Positions 25,506 through 36,655 of a stretch of DNA of 64,000 nt are shown here, in pieces. This DNA is from Camelus dromedarius (lineage: Eukaryota). Position numbers and translations under genes: made by a program. Position 1 is the first letter of the stretch, and the number at the start of each line of letters is the position of its first letter. The notes beneath the pieces are model-generated. The model was given only the letters and a program-made list of their open reading frames with translations, did not search any database and was not told where the DNA came from. The stretch spans positions 121,956,001 through 122,020,000 of the forward strand of contig NC_087437.1 in assembly GCF_036321535.1 (NCBI RefSeq), in the 5' to 3' direction.

Positions 25506-26911
25506 AGACTGTTTCTTAATGGCTCACTTTCAGAAATAAGAAGATGGGCTTGTGGACAAGTCTTTTGGCCTGAGTGACTGGAAGGTGTTTAGAAGTTTCC
25601 TTGCTCCTTATCCTTGCCAGCACTTGGCAGGGTGTTGCCAGACTGTTTTATTTTAGGCAGTGTGGGAGCATGTATTTATTTACATCTATTTTTGGTTTTA
25701 ATTTGCATCTCTGATTACTGTGAGACTGGGTACCTCTTCATGTGCTGATTGGCCGTTTGGACCTCTTCTTTTATGAGGTGCTTTTCTCCTTTCACCCATT
25801 TTTCTATGTGTGTCGATATTTGTGAGGGAGAGTTGTCAGGCTGGCCCCAGATGTTTCCACAGCAATTTTCATGCTAGATAAAAGGGTAGAAAAGTGCACA
25901 AAAGCTTTAGGAAAGAAAGAAATTTCTCAATAGTCCACTTTCAAATGTGAGGACCCGGGGAAGATGATGCTTACGGGCCGTCGGTGGAAGAGCTCCTTGA
26001 AGTGGAACGAGCGCCTGGAGTGCCACAGGGTGAGGGTGGCGGGTCAGAGAGAAGCTGGCGGAGACCCTCATGCACAGTGCTCAGGGTGCGTGGAGAGCAG
26101 GACTCCCGTGTTGCAGACCTTCCAGGGGCAGCAGCGGGACTCACAGCAGCTGGGGGGAGAGGGTGAGCACCCCGAGGGGCAGAGGGCTGCCAGCAGCACG
26201 CTTCCTGCTCCTCAGTGAGGAGGAATTTGGAAACATTGCTCAGAGACTAACAGCAGAAGAGCCAGAAATAGCTAGACAAGGACTCGCTATGGGCGGTGGG
26301 GTGTAAATGTTGTCACTCCTGAGTCATCCGCGGTGAGTCATCGCCCGTTCTGCTCTGGGGACAGAGGCTGCGAGCAGGCCTTCCCCCCCACACAAAGGAC
26401 AGATGGTCAGGAGACGTAAAGAAGAGAAGAGCTCAACCGAAGATGTTCACAGTTTTAAAGCCTCAAACAGTGAAGCTGATGGGGTGACATTTCCGTCTCT
26501 CAGTTTGTCAGAGATCAGAGCATCCGAGAGGGAATCGTGCAGGCAGTGGCCGGAGAAAGAGCCCCGTGAATCTGAGGGGGTCGAGTCTGCAGAGCACTGT
26601 GTGGGGAAGATTTTGGTTAATTTCTCTGAAATTGAAAGTGTTCAGTGTTTCCCATTGCGTGCCGAGGTGCCTCTGAGTGTGAGTTCAAACGGCTTCAAAC
26701 AGAGATTCACACAGAGTTCTCAGGTGTATTGATGGGAAAGAAGGCCACACCTGGTGCGGACCGAGACAGCGTTTTCCTTCCTCATGCAACAGAACCTCCG
26801 TGGGTGGGCCTCGGGGGCTGCTGACAGTAACCGTGGGCTCAGAAAGAGTACGAGAGAGCCTTATTTTTCACTGTTTGTTTAAATTTTTACCCGTTATATC
26901 TAAGTATAGTT

Positions 26912-27138
26912 TTAAAAAAAATTTTATTGAAGTGTAGTTGATTTACAATGTTAGTTTCGGGTGTACAGCAAAGTGATTCAGTTATACATAAACATACATA
27001 GATATTTTTTCTTTTCCATTACATGTTACTACAAGAAATTGAATATAGTTCCCTGTGCTCTAGAGTAGGTCCTTGTTTATCTATTTTGCAGATAGTTGTG
27101 TGTGTCTGTTAATCCCCAATCCCTAATTTATCCCTCTA
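26912..27138 (-). mobile_element. Cetartiodactyl-type L1 3'-end fragment
   Basis: ttttattgaagtgtagttgatttacaatgttagtttcgggtgtacagcaaagtgattcag...taatttatccct. Confidence 0.85.
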
Positions 27139-27209
27139 TAGTTTTGAAGAGTTATGAAAACCCCTTAAGACCTAGAAGAGTTTTAGTAATTACTGTTAAT
27201 AAAAGAATT

Positions 27210-27836
27210 TGCTATGGAACCGAACTCGGGTCCGCTTGCCCCCGTGCAGTGAAGCCAACCTACCGATCCCGGGTGGTGGTGGAGGAAAGCACAGTGTTTA
27301 TTGCAGGCGCCCAGCGAGGAGAATGGGCAGCTAGTGCTCAAAAGGCCCGAACTCCCGAAGGCTTTCAGGGGGAGGTTTTTAAAGACGGGACGGGGGGTGG
27401 GGTGGGGCGTGATCAGCTCGTGGACACCCTTCTGACTGGCGGGTGGTGAGGTCCTCAGGAGTCAGCATCATCCACCTTCTGGGTCCAGCTGGTCTGGGGT
27501 CTGCGTGCCGGGGGGCAGTGTGCAGTCAGCTTCCTCCACCTGGCGGGGCTTCAGTAGCTGCAGAACAGCCCAAAGGAGGTCATGGCTCAGAATGTTATCT
27601 CCAGCCCTGGAGGAGGAACCGAAGTCCTTGACTTTGTCTGATGGTTAAACTCTTGTTATCTTGTCGTGCTTGATGGCTTTTCTTGTTTCTGCATTTTCTC
27701 ACTTCTCTGATTAAGCGTATTCTTTGATGCTCAGGAAATCCTCGGAGACTAAAGGTTTTCTACAGACAAGAGGTGGGCAGAGGACATGAGGGAGGGTCTG
27801 TCCTGGGAAGGCCTCACAGGGTCCTGTTTGGTTACA
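27210..27836 (-). mobile_element. ERV1-like solo LTR (second family)
   Basis: TG...GTTACA termini; minus-strand AATAAA at 27297-27302 downstream of a TTTAAAAA TATA-like box. No clear TSD seen. Confidence 0.7.
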
Positions 27837-28109
27837 GTTCTACACACATGGCCAGGTCAAACTCATCGTATGTTAATATTACATATTACTTAATAATTGA
27901 AACCTGAAACATGTGACCCACCCACCACTCTGGAGAACATGGCAGAGTTCCAGCACCGTTACTGCTCCTCCAGAGAAGAGACCCAGAATACAGTCACTTA
28001 CATGCTGTAAGTAGCAACAAGCCTCACGTTTACCTGCCCCCTCCCGCTCCTCCACGAGTGTGCGCGGGTCCCAGAGGGGCCAGCAGCCCGTCGGGATGGA
28101 TTCCGAGCA

Positions 28110-28290
28110 AGTCGCTCTGCATCTTCCCGCTAGGAATCGCCAGCCCTGCAGCCCTGACGCCTGCTTCCTCTTCAGCCGAGTCCTCCCCTGTAAGGCAGTG
28201 ACTGCGGCACCTGCTTCCTGGTCTCGCAGGGTGTGTAGGAGAATGAAGACGGACGTGCGCGGGAGCGACAGAGGGCTTAGGGACCGCTAG
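28110..28290. mobile_element. GC-shifted MIR fragment
   Basis: gccgagtcctcccctgtaaggcagtgactgcggcacctgcttcc...cgcagggtgtgtaggagaatgaaga resembles the MIR core (cctcatctgtaaaatgggg...cagggttgttgtgaggattaaatg). Confidence 0.45.
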
Positions 28291-29558
28291 TTCCTCCTCC
28301 CTTTAAAGCTCTGGCACGTTTCACAGTCCAGCCTGTATCCCTAGAACAGAATTCATTAGGCGTCGTTAGGGTAACGACAAGACCTCGATGCTTCACCTGA
28401 GCTTTTTGGACGGATTTCCCTGCCGCTCCACCGAGTTCCGTCACGGAGCCTCCCAGGTGGGTAACCGCCGTCCAGGCTCCGCTCCCTCAAGGTAACAGGG
28501 CCCCTCTGACTCTTCCAATGCGTCGCCAGGTTCTTTTAAATGTATTTCTGTGATAGCAATTGCTGACGCATGCAAAAGGAGTTTCCAGTGTACAGGGTGC
28601 TCTGTGGACCCCACGAGTGAGAGAGACCTCGTGGTGCTGAGTTCATCGGGTAACGTGACGCTTTTCCCTTGCTTTTTGGTAGATGGCCAGCGTCCTCACC
28701 CTCGGGGGAAGCAGGTGGGCTGGCAGTACAGGCGTCCCCAGGCCGGGAGAAGGAGACAGTCCCAGGTACTCTCGTCCACCCCTGCTGGTGATCTCCCTGC
28801 CCGGCCCCATCCTGTTCCGACAGTGACTCACCTGTGCCCCCGCCTCTCCCGGCCTGCCTTGCCACCCGTGCCCTGCCTGCGCCCAACCTCAGCGCCTGTC
28901 GGTTGCCCCACCTCAGCCTGGAGCTCCACCCTCCCTGCTCCCACCTGACTCGGGCCAGTCCTCACTTCCGGTTGTCCCTCTGCTTGAACACTTCTTTGAA
29001 GGTTCCTAACCCTGAATTGCACCCCGACTCCCATTAACCTCGCTCAGCCGCCGGGTGCGTGGAGAAGGCCCCCGACGGGGCCGAGCCCCCACCTGCTTCT
29101 GTCCTCTGCCGCTCAGATGCAGACCCGCTTCTTGTCTGCTCGTTTCCTCTAACCGGGTGATTTTTAGTGGGAGGAGAAGGAACGGCCTTCTTGCAGCAGA
29201 GCAGTCTGGAGTGTGGCGACTGTCACTCTTCGTCCACACAGAAAGTTAACTCTTTTTCTGGCCGTGGGTGCGTCTCTTCACGTTAGAAACATAGCAGAGG
29301 CGATGAGCAGCTTCAGGATCAGAACTGACTTTAAGAATGACGTTAAATAAGGCCGGAAGGGTCGCTATCCCAGAGTCGACAGAGTCCCTTAGCAGACAGA
29401 CCAAACCGTGCTCTGCGCCAGGTCTGGTTCTGGGCTGGGTCAGATCCACCAGCAACACAGTGACAGGCTCTGTCCCCAGAGACACATCAGAGGTAGACGG
29501 CGCGCTGAGTCCGCAGGTGATGGGCTCAGAGAGGGGAAGGCAGAGCAGGAGCGAGGGG

Positions 29559-29732
29559 GTGCGTGTGTGCATGTGTGTGCGTGTGCCTGTTCGTGCATCT
29601 GCGTGTGTACGTGAATGTGTACATGTGCGTGTGTGTGTATATTCATGTGCATGTGTGCAAGTGCATGCGTGTGTGCGTTTGCTCGTGTGTGTGTGTGTGT
29701 GTGTGCGCATTTGCGTGTGCATGTGTGTGTGT
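29559..29732. repeat. Imperfect (TG/CG/CA)n alternating purine-pyrimidine microsatellite
   Basis: About 170 bp of gtgtgtgcatgtgtgtgcgt-type repeats. Confidence 0.9.
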
Positions 29733-29744
29733 TTAGGGGTTCTC

Positions 29745-30780
29745 AGTGATCAACAGGAATGTCAGCGTTCCTCACTGAGAAGGTGACATTCAAGTAAAGC
29801 TGAGGGAGTGGTCACGGATGGAGAGGAGCACTCCGGGCAGAGGGAATAGCCGGTGCGAGGGCCGCAGGTGAGGAGGCTGGGGAGCAGTGGGGACCAGTGT
29901 GGCTGGAACCGTGTGCAGGGCAGCCGTGAGGAGCAGGTGTGGTGGCCTGGTGGGAGCTTTCACTGTGAGTGGGTGAGGAGGGGTCTGAGCAGATTTCGGT
30001 TCTCTGTGTGGAGAACAGATGCTGAGGGGACCCCAGGTGGAAGTGGAGACCAGTTAGGAGGCTTTACCTGCACCCAGGTGGGAGGTGATGCGAGGAGGGG
30101 TGAGGGCTGTGTGTTTTGGAGGCAGAGCCGGGCACAGTCCTGGTGGAGTGGGCTGGGAGGGGTGCGGACGGGGGTCCAGGCTGAGGGGCGGGGAGGACAG
30201 CATGTCCCCAGCGCTCGAGTTGGGGTCGGAGTGGCCGGCCTTGGACATGTAAAGGTGAGACACAGGGACATGCGGGCAGCTGTAGAGGATACAGCTGGAC
30301 AGGTGGGACTGGGACCCAGGAGAGAGGGCCCACTGGAGGTGTGGACTTGTGCCAGTTTCACGCAGGGAGCGTGGGTGCCACCAAGGGGGCGACAGTGAGA
30401 GGAGAGAAGCAAGGGTGGGCCGGCAGGAATGGATGTCGTGGTGGGGTCTGAGCTGGAGGACAGCCTTGTGGGCAGAGGCTGACTCCATCTCACTGTCATG
30501 GGAGGGGGAGAGCTGGGCTTCCAGTGGGTCATCGGTGGTGGGTGTATGTGGGAGAGGGAGCAGGGGCCAGGCAGGGGCAGTGAAGCTGGGGCTTTGACAA
30601 GTGAGCCTCAGAGGGAGGAGGGTCTGAGGGGAAGGGCTGGGGGTCGCAGAGGGAGGGTTACTGATGAGCGGGAACAGCCCTGGTTTCTGTGTTGGGGGAC
30701 AGGCGACTGGTTGGCTTTGGGGTGGACGAGCTGAGATGGTGGGTTGTCCCAGGAGGCTGAGGGTGGGGACCAGGAGTTTG
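29745..30780 (-). mobile_element. L2 LINE fragment
   Basis: cctcactgagaaggtgacattcaag...ccgggcagagggaatagccggtgcgagggcc...gtggagaccagttaggaggct resembles antisense L2 3' text. Confidence 0.65.
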
Positions 30781-31334
30781 AAGACAGAAGTCGATGTGAA
30801 ATGTATGTTGTCCTCATGAACTGTGTTCAGCCGTTTTTGACACACAGTCAAAGATAATTTCATATGGTTTAACTTAGAGTTGAACTTCTCATAGCTTGTA
30901 AGATTTGTGCAGGAATATTTGGGAGACCGGGAGCCTGGCGGAGCCGGGAAGAGCAGCGTGAGGGCTGGTGTCGTGTGGCCTGCTCGCTGTCTGTAGGGGA
31001 GTGGAAGCGGCTTGTGTGGCCCTCGTGCTGTGCAGCTGCCTGGGAGAGGTGTGCAGACGGAGGGCTGTGGCTTTTCCGAGCACGGCTTAGGCAGCAAGTG
31101 AGGACAGAGGGAGCAGAGCACAGTGGAGAGGGCGGTGATGGTGACTCTGAAGAGGAGCAGGGACTGGCAGGCTTCCTGGAGGAGGGGCCGTGGCCGGGGA
31201 CATGGCAGACGGCAGGGCTGATGACACTCTCTTCAAGGTGGGAGCAGCTGTGATCGAATCTCTATCAAAGCAGAATACAACTTAGAAAATATTTAAAAAT
31301 ACAACTGCCTTTTCAAGTTAAAGAACAATACTTG

Positions 31335-31348
31335 GTTTCCATGGTAAC
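31335..31348. promoter_or_regulatory. RFX X-box motif
   Basis: GTTTCCATGGTAAC fits the palindromic RFX consensus GTTNCCATGGNAAC. Confidence 0.55.
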
Positions 31349-32189
31349 TGCCACCCGATTAACTAGGGCAAGTGTTGTGTGGTGACACAGGGTAATTACA
31401 GACAACAGGGAAATTGCAGGGTAAGTCTTAAATAAATACAGAGTGGCTGCGTGGTTAGGTTCTGCTCCTGGGAGCGAGGAGGTGAGGGTTTCCGGCTGTC
31501 TGCTCCAGAGCCACGCCCTCCTCCCCTCAGGCAAGTTGTCCCCAAGCCCAGGGACCTGCACCTCTGCGGGGACCTTTCCCGGGCCAGACTGGGAAACAGT
31601 GGAGGCCGCACGTGGGCCCCAGGCCCTGGCTGTTGAGATTAATTTATCAATCGGAACTTAAGGAGGGTGTTTTTTTGTCTTTCTATCAGCTGGCTATGGA
31701 GGAAACCCAAAATAGGGGAGAAAAAGACAGTCAGATCAGTCCACAAATCAGTCTCCTGCCGATTGAACAGGATGGTTACCTGAGAACATTCATCTGCTGT
31801 CACCTGTACCAGAAGGTCCCCAAAGACGGAAGCTTTAAGAAAGCAGCCATGATGGACATTCACGACGTCCGAGGAGACGGGAGTGGCTGCCGTCAGAGGA
31901 CCAGGCCTTTGGTTAATTTTAAGAGAGAGACTCACATAATGCTTGTGGAGTTGCAATACTGCAGAAGACACACAAGACAGGCTTCTGTGGATACGTGTGA
32001 GAATTTGGACACTCAGCTCAGAACCAGGATCCCCGGCAGGCAAGTCAGGGTTCTCAAAAGCAGAACTGGGGGCAGAGCCAAGAGCTGTCCCGCACTCGAG
32101 GAGAACCGAACAGCAGGAGGGAGAGGTGCCGAGTGCAACCACAGAGTTAGCACCGCGAGGGAGGAGCAGGCCTAACACTGGGTCTTCAA

Positions 32190-34640
32190 AAGCAGCAACC
32201 AAGGGCCATGGGGAAAAGTGACCAGAACGAAGCAATCAGGATGGCTAAAACTGCAGAGCAGCCAGAAATGAAGACGGAATCTGATTGAACAAATGAACCA
32301 AGGATTATTCTAGAACGCAGGCCTATGGGGCCCAGAGCTGTTCCAGAATGCAGGTCTCAGGGACAGAGAAGTGGGGAGGGTGAGAGAAAAGGGTGAGACC
32401 GAAGCAAGTTTGAGGAGCACCATTGTCTGTTGGGGGGTCTGAGAAGCAGAGCAGAGGGGCTGAAGGGACAGTGCACACCCTGGAGGGACCTTCTCAGAGC
32501 AGAGCAGAGGGGCTGGAGGGACAGTGCACACCCTGGAGGGACCTTCTCAGAGTGCAGAGCAGAGGGGCTGGAGGGACAGTGCACACCCTGGAGGGACCTT
32601 CTCAGAGCGCAGAGCAGAGGGGCTGGAGGGACAGTGCACACCCTGGAGGGAACTTCTCAGAGCGCAGAGCGTGTCGGATGTTGAAGGTTGAGCAAGGGGG
32701 GTGAGAAACCATGACAGCCGGGACCACGCTGGGAAGCGACCCGAGAGAATCCCTGAAGTGGTCAGCAGGAGGGACAGGGGTCTGGATGTCAGCTGATAAC
32801 AAATTCCTCCTGACAAATGCATATTTTAGAATTACCTGAACCAATATCTTCCAAGTGCTTGGGGAAAAATGATTCCAACATGGAATTTGAGACACAGCCA
32901 GAATTCAAATCCAAGGGCAAAGGCCAGGTGCTTTCAGACAATACAGGACTCACCCTGAAGACTCCGGAGAAATGAAGACAGAGCCTTTGGCACAGGAGGG
33001 CGTGTCTAGGTCCACTGATGACAGCGGGAAGCACCAGTAGAGTGTGTCGCTGGCTCTGAGTAATTGCTGCTGTGTTCGGTGTGCAAATTAAAGTAACAGT
33101 TGAAAAAATCTTACGTATACGATTGACATAGTGATGAGAGGGAGAACGACAGCTCCTTCTTCTGGGGGATATGTAGATGCTGCTTGAGCCCGTAGTGCAT
33201 AAATGTGCATTTAAACACGTTAACCGATTACAAGGAGCCACCAGTCACAGGCACAGATTGCGCAGCCTCAGATGTAGAGGAAAAACTCTGGAACAAAGAA
33301 AGTCTGATTAAGTCATCAAAGGGCACAGTAGAAGGAAAAAATTAGAAATCAAAGAAAATGTGTAAAGCAAGACATCACATCATGTAGGGATTACTTCAAA
33401 TGTATGTGAAATTTCTCTATAAAAAGGCAAAACTCGGATTGTCTTCAGAATGACACAGAAACAGAAAACGCATTAATGGGAAGGACACTAAGCAAACGCG
33501 AACCACAGGGCAGCAGCCTCGCAGCCTTGTTTTCAAGGAAAAGATAAAAAGCACTAAATGGGACAAAGGCACTTGGTTTTGTAGGTCACGCACCTCTGAG
33601 AAGACATGACATTCGTGGACTTCCACGTAGAGTTATACAGGAAGGAAAAGCTTCTACGGGCAGGAAACAGGGAAACGCAGCATCCTGATGGGAAACTTTA
33701 ACTGAAAAATCAGGACGACAGAATTCTCTTGCTTGTGAAGAATCTGAGTAGCATTCTTAACAAACTCTGTGACAGATGCAGAATGTGCTCTCCTACTTTC
33801 CATCTTTCCTTCCTTCCCTCCTTCCTTTCTTTTTTTCAAATGCACCAGGATCACTCAGATATATTTACTGTGTTTGATTTTAAAGAAAATCTTATTTTTC
33901 AACGGTAGAAGTCATTAAGTACGATAAAGATGGAAATCAACCACAAGATGTAACCGAAAGTAACCCAGACTTATCCCTGGAGATTTGGGGATGCTTTTAC
34001 ATAAAAAGCATAAACTGTATAAAAAGTAATGAAAATGAGGTAACATGGCACATCAAAACATGGGCGAGGCCATCAAACAACTCTCGGGAAAATGCTGGAA
34101 AACCGGAAACACTTAAAATAAGTGGGACAACCCTATAGAGAAAGATTTACAAAATGATTCAAGACACAGTATGAAAAATGAATGAAGGTGATGGCAGAGA
34201 TGAACACAGCAGAACACGAAAACTTGGTGTCGGTGCAATAATTTCTGGCAAAGGACTGTAAAATACTTAAACAACTTTGCTCAAGGGGGGAAAGGCGAAA
34301 ATGTAAAACTCAGGTAACAGAAGTAGCTGGAGCTACAGATGTGGGGCTATTTACAGCCCCACGCAAAGGAACTGGGGAATCTGGAGGAGATGAATAATCT
34401 GCTAGACAAATGGAAATTGACAGAATTGCCTCGACGTGACGTGGAGAGTCTGGATCAACATGGAAAGGGCTGAGACGGGGCTCGGGGGTCTGCACTCCCA
34501 TGCCACGGTGGCTAGTTCTCTACCAGCACCTTCCAGCACATCCCAAAGGAAATATAGTTTTTAAGGTATGCAGACTCTTTTAGGGAATAGAAAGAAGTCA
34601 GAGTTCCCCAATCGTTTTATGAGGTCAGCAGCACTATGAT
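32190..34640 (+). mobile_element. Highly degenerate LINE-1 (ORF1 end and ORF2 remnants)
   Basis: A-rich strand bias and L1-like motifs (ttccaagtgcttggggaaaaatgattccaacatggaatt, gggaaactttaac, ctagacaaatggaaattg, ttttatgaggtcagcagcac). Confidence 0.55.
32446..32670. repeat. Minisatellite, 4 copies of a 53-55 bp unit
   Basis: Unit gcagagcagaggggctggagggacagtgcacaccctggagggaccttctcaga(gc); gtgcacac recurs at 32471, 32524, 32579 and 32634. Confidence 0.95.
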
Positions 34641-36188
34641 GTAAAAATCATGCAGGTAATCTTAAAATAGTCTACAGGTCACTTTACCTTCTGGGGTCAG
34701 AGGTGCGAACCCTAAACAGCACGCTGGCAGACTGAACCCAGCAGCGCGTTCAGTGCTAAACACGCTTGTCGGCTCAGCGGAGTTCTGCGGAGCTGCGGCT
34801 GGGAGAGGTGCCGGGCCCCGCCTCCCGCCTTCTCTGCGCTCCGTGCCTGTCTGTCTGGTCTTGGCGCGTCCTCCCTGGGCCTCGCCTTTCCTGAGTCTCT
34901 CTCGTTGCTTTATTTTCTTTCTGACTTTCCACAAGGTTCACCTTCATCCATTTCCCCTCGTTGTGTTTCTTCAGTCTTGTGTGTCTTCTAATTTCATCTT
35001 GATTTTTGGCATATTTTTCTTTTATTCCCTACTCTTTCCTGAACTGTGTGACTTAATTTTTGAGTTTCTCTGATTCTGATTTATATGTTTTCATCTCTTG
35101 CATCATTATCTTAATGTCTTTAATCAGTTTAAAGATACTAGATTAGAGTCTTTCCATTGTGTCAGCGTGGCCCTACGGTGCACGGTGTGTGCTTGTTGTC
35201 GGTGGGGTATTACTTTGTTTCTTGTTTTCTTTTGTCTTGTATGGATTTGACTTCTCGTGAAATTTGTTTTCCTGACCTTTTTAGAAGGGAGGTGTTACAA
35301 AATAATAGCATTCCTAATTTCACGGCTCTAGAGTGCCCTCTGCTGCTATTTTTATGAAGGTAAACTTCGAGGGCTCATGCAGTTCGGGTGTGTCTGTGGC
35401 GGGGCTGGTGAGTGGGTGGCCAGTTAGGTGTGAAGGTTAGGTTAGGTTCGATCATTGTACTTTGTCTACCAGGTGTCCTTGCTTTTAGAAAACCCACTCT
35501 GAAGTATTGGGGGTCTAGGAGTGCGTCTGCCGACCTCGCTCAGATGGCGTGGACCGGCGGGACGGTGGGCACGTGCAGGACGGAGTCAGGCCCAAAGGGG
35601 ACCCGCTGTCGGGCGGGAAGGCCGTGAGTGCCTCGTAGCGCCCCTGCAGCTTCCCTCGGGGTGCACATCATGTCACAATGATGGCTGTTGAATAAATGAG
35701 TAAAATGACTCCTTCAGTGGAAAGCGTGATGACCTTTGTCCTCCGACAGGTGCCCCGTGAGACTCTGGGAGGCAGTGATGTGAGGGGCCGGGGTGGGGGT
35801 CCTGGACGAGCCCGGGCAGGCAGCGGCGGGGCCGCTGGGGCTGTGGGGCTGTGGGGCTGGAGCCGGGCTCTCTGCTTTCGTTCCTCAACACTGTTCTCAA
35901 ACTGGGGTTTTAATTAAAACAAAATAAGTGCCTCAGCATGTAACTTAAAAGCTCCAGCGAGATGAGGCCGTCAGCCTCTCGAGGGGACGTTGGGGTTGGG
36001 AGCCTGGGAGGCTGGGAGCACCTTGGTCTCCGTGGCCCAGGGTGCCTCCTCCCATCACCAGGTTGCTTTCCACGGAGGGTGAACCGGCCCAGGTCCTATG
36101 CAGTCCTCTGGACTCAGGGTTCACGGCCAGAGGGAGTTTCCGAGTGTGGTCGAAGCAGCACTGAGCGCGGGCCAGCAGGGAGGCCAGA

Positions 36189-36655
36189 GGGCCTCGAGGT
36201 CACCATCAACCCACGTCTCAAGATGCACAAAATGTGCACAGGGCCACAGAGGTGCCGGGGGGTCACCTCCTCACCCTCGGGCCTGAGGATGAGGGCTGGC
36301 AGAGGGCTGGCAGCGCAGACGGAGGGGCTCGGGTGGGCCCCGGGCTGGGCTCTCAGCTGCTACTCTCTGGGGCTTCCTGCTTTCGTCTGAGCCCAGCCCA
36401 ACGTCCCTGGCAGGCCCCATCTCATGGCTGCGGAGAGCAGGAGGCAGCGGCTGGCCTGCAGGCTCTGACCCCCATGGACTAGGCCTCTGCGTAGGGGAGA
36501 GACTTCTTTTGTGGCAAAGGAACGCACCCCCCAACCCCTGCGAGGAAGCCAAGACTTCAAGGCCCGAGGGTGAGGAGGTGACCCCCTGGCACCTCTGTGG
36601 CCCTGTGCACGTTTTGTGCATCTTGAGATGTGGGCTGATGGTGACCTCGAGGCCC
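36189..36655. repeat. Long inverted repeat, 96-bp arms, 275-bp spacer
   Basis: 36189-36284 is the reverse complement of 36560-36655 with 4 mismatches (manual alignment). Confidence 0.95.

Noticed and set aside
29246..29786. His/Thr- or Cys/Val-rich ORFs
   Set aside because: These are translations of the TG/CA microsatellite.
30054..31121. 355-aa minus-strand ORF
   Set aside because: Largely overlaps an L2 fragment; Pro/Ser-rich with no recognisable homology.
32446..32670. CRISPR-like array
   Set aside because: Units are contiguous with no unique spacers, no cas genes, and the context is mammalian.
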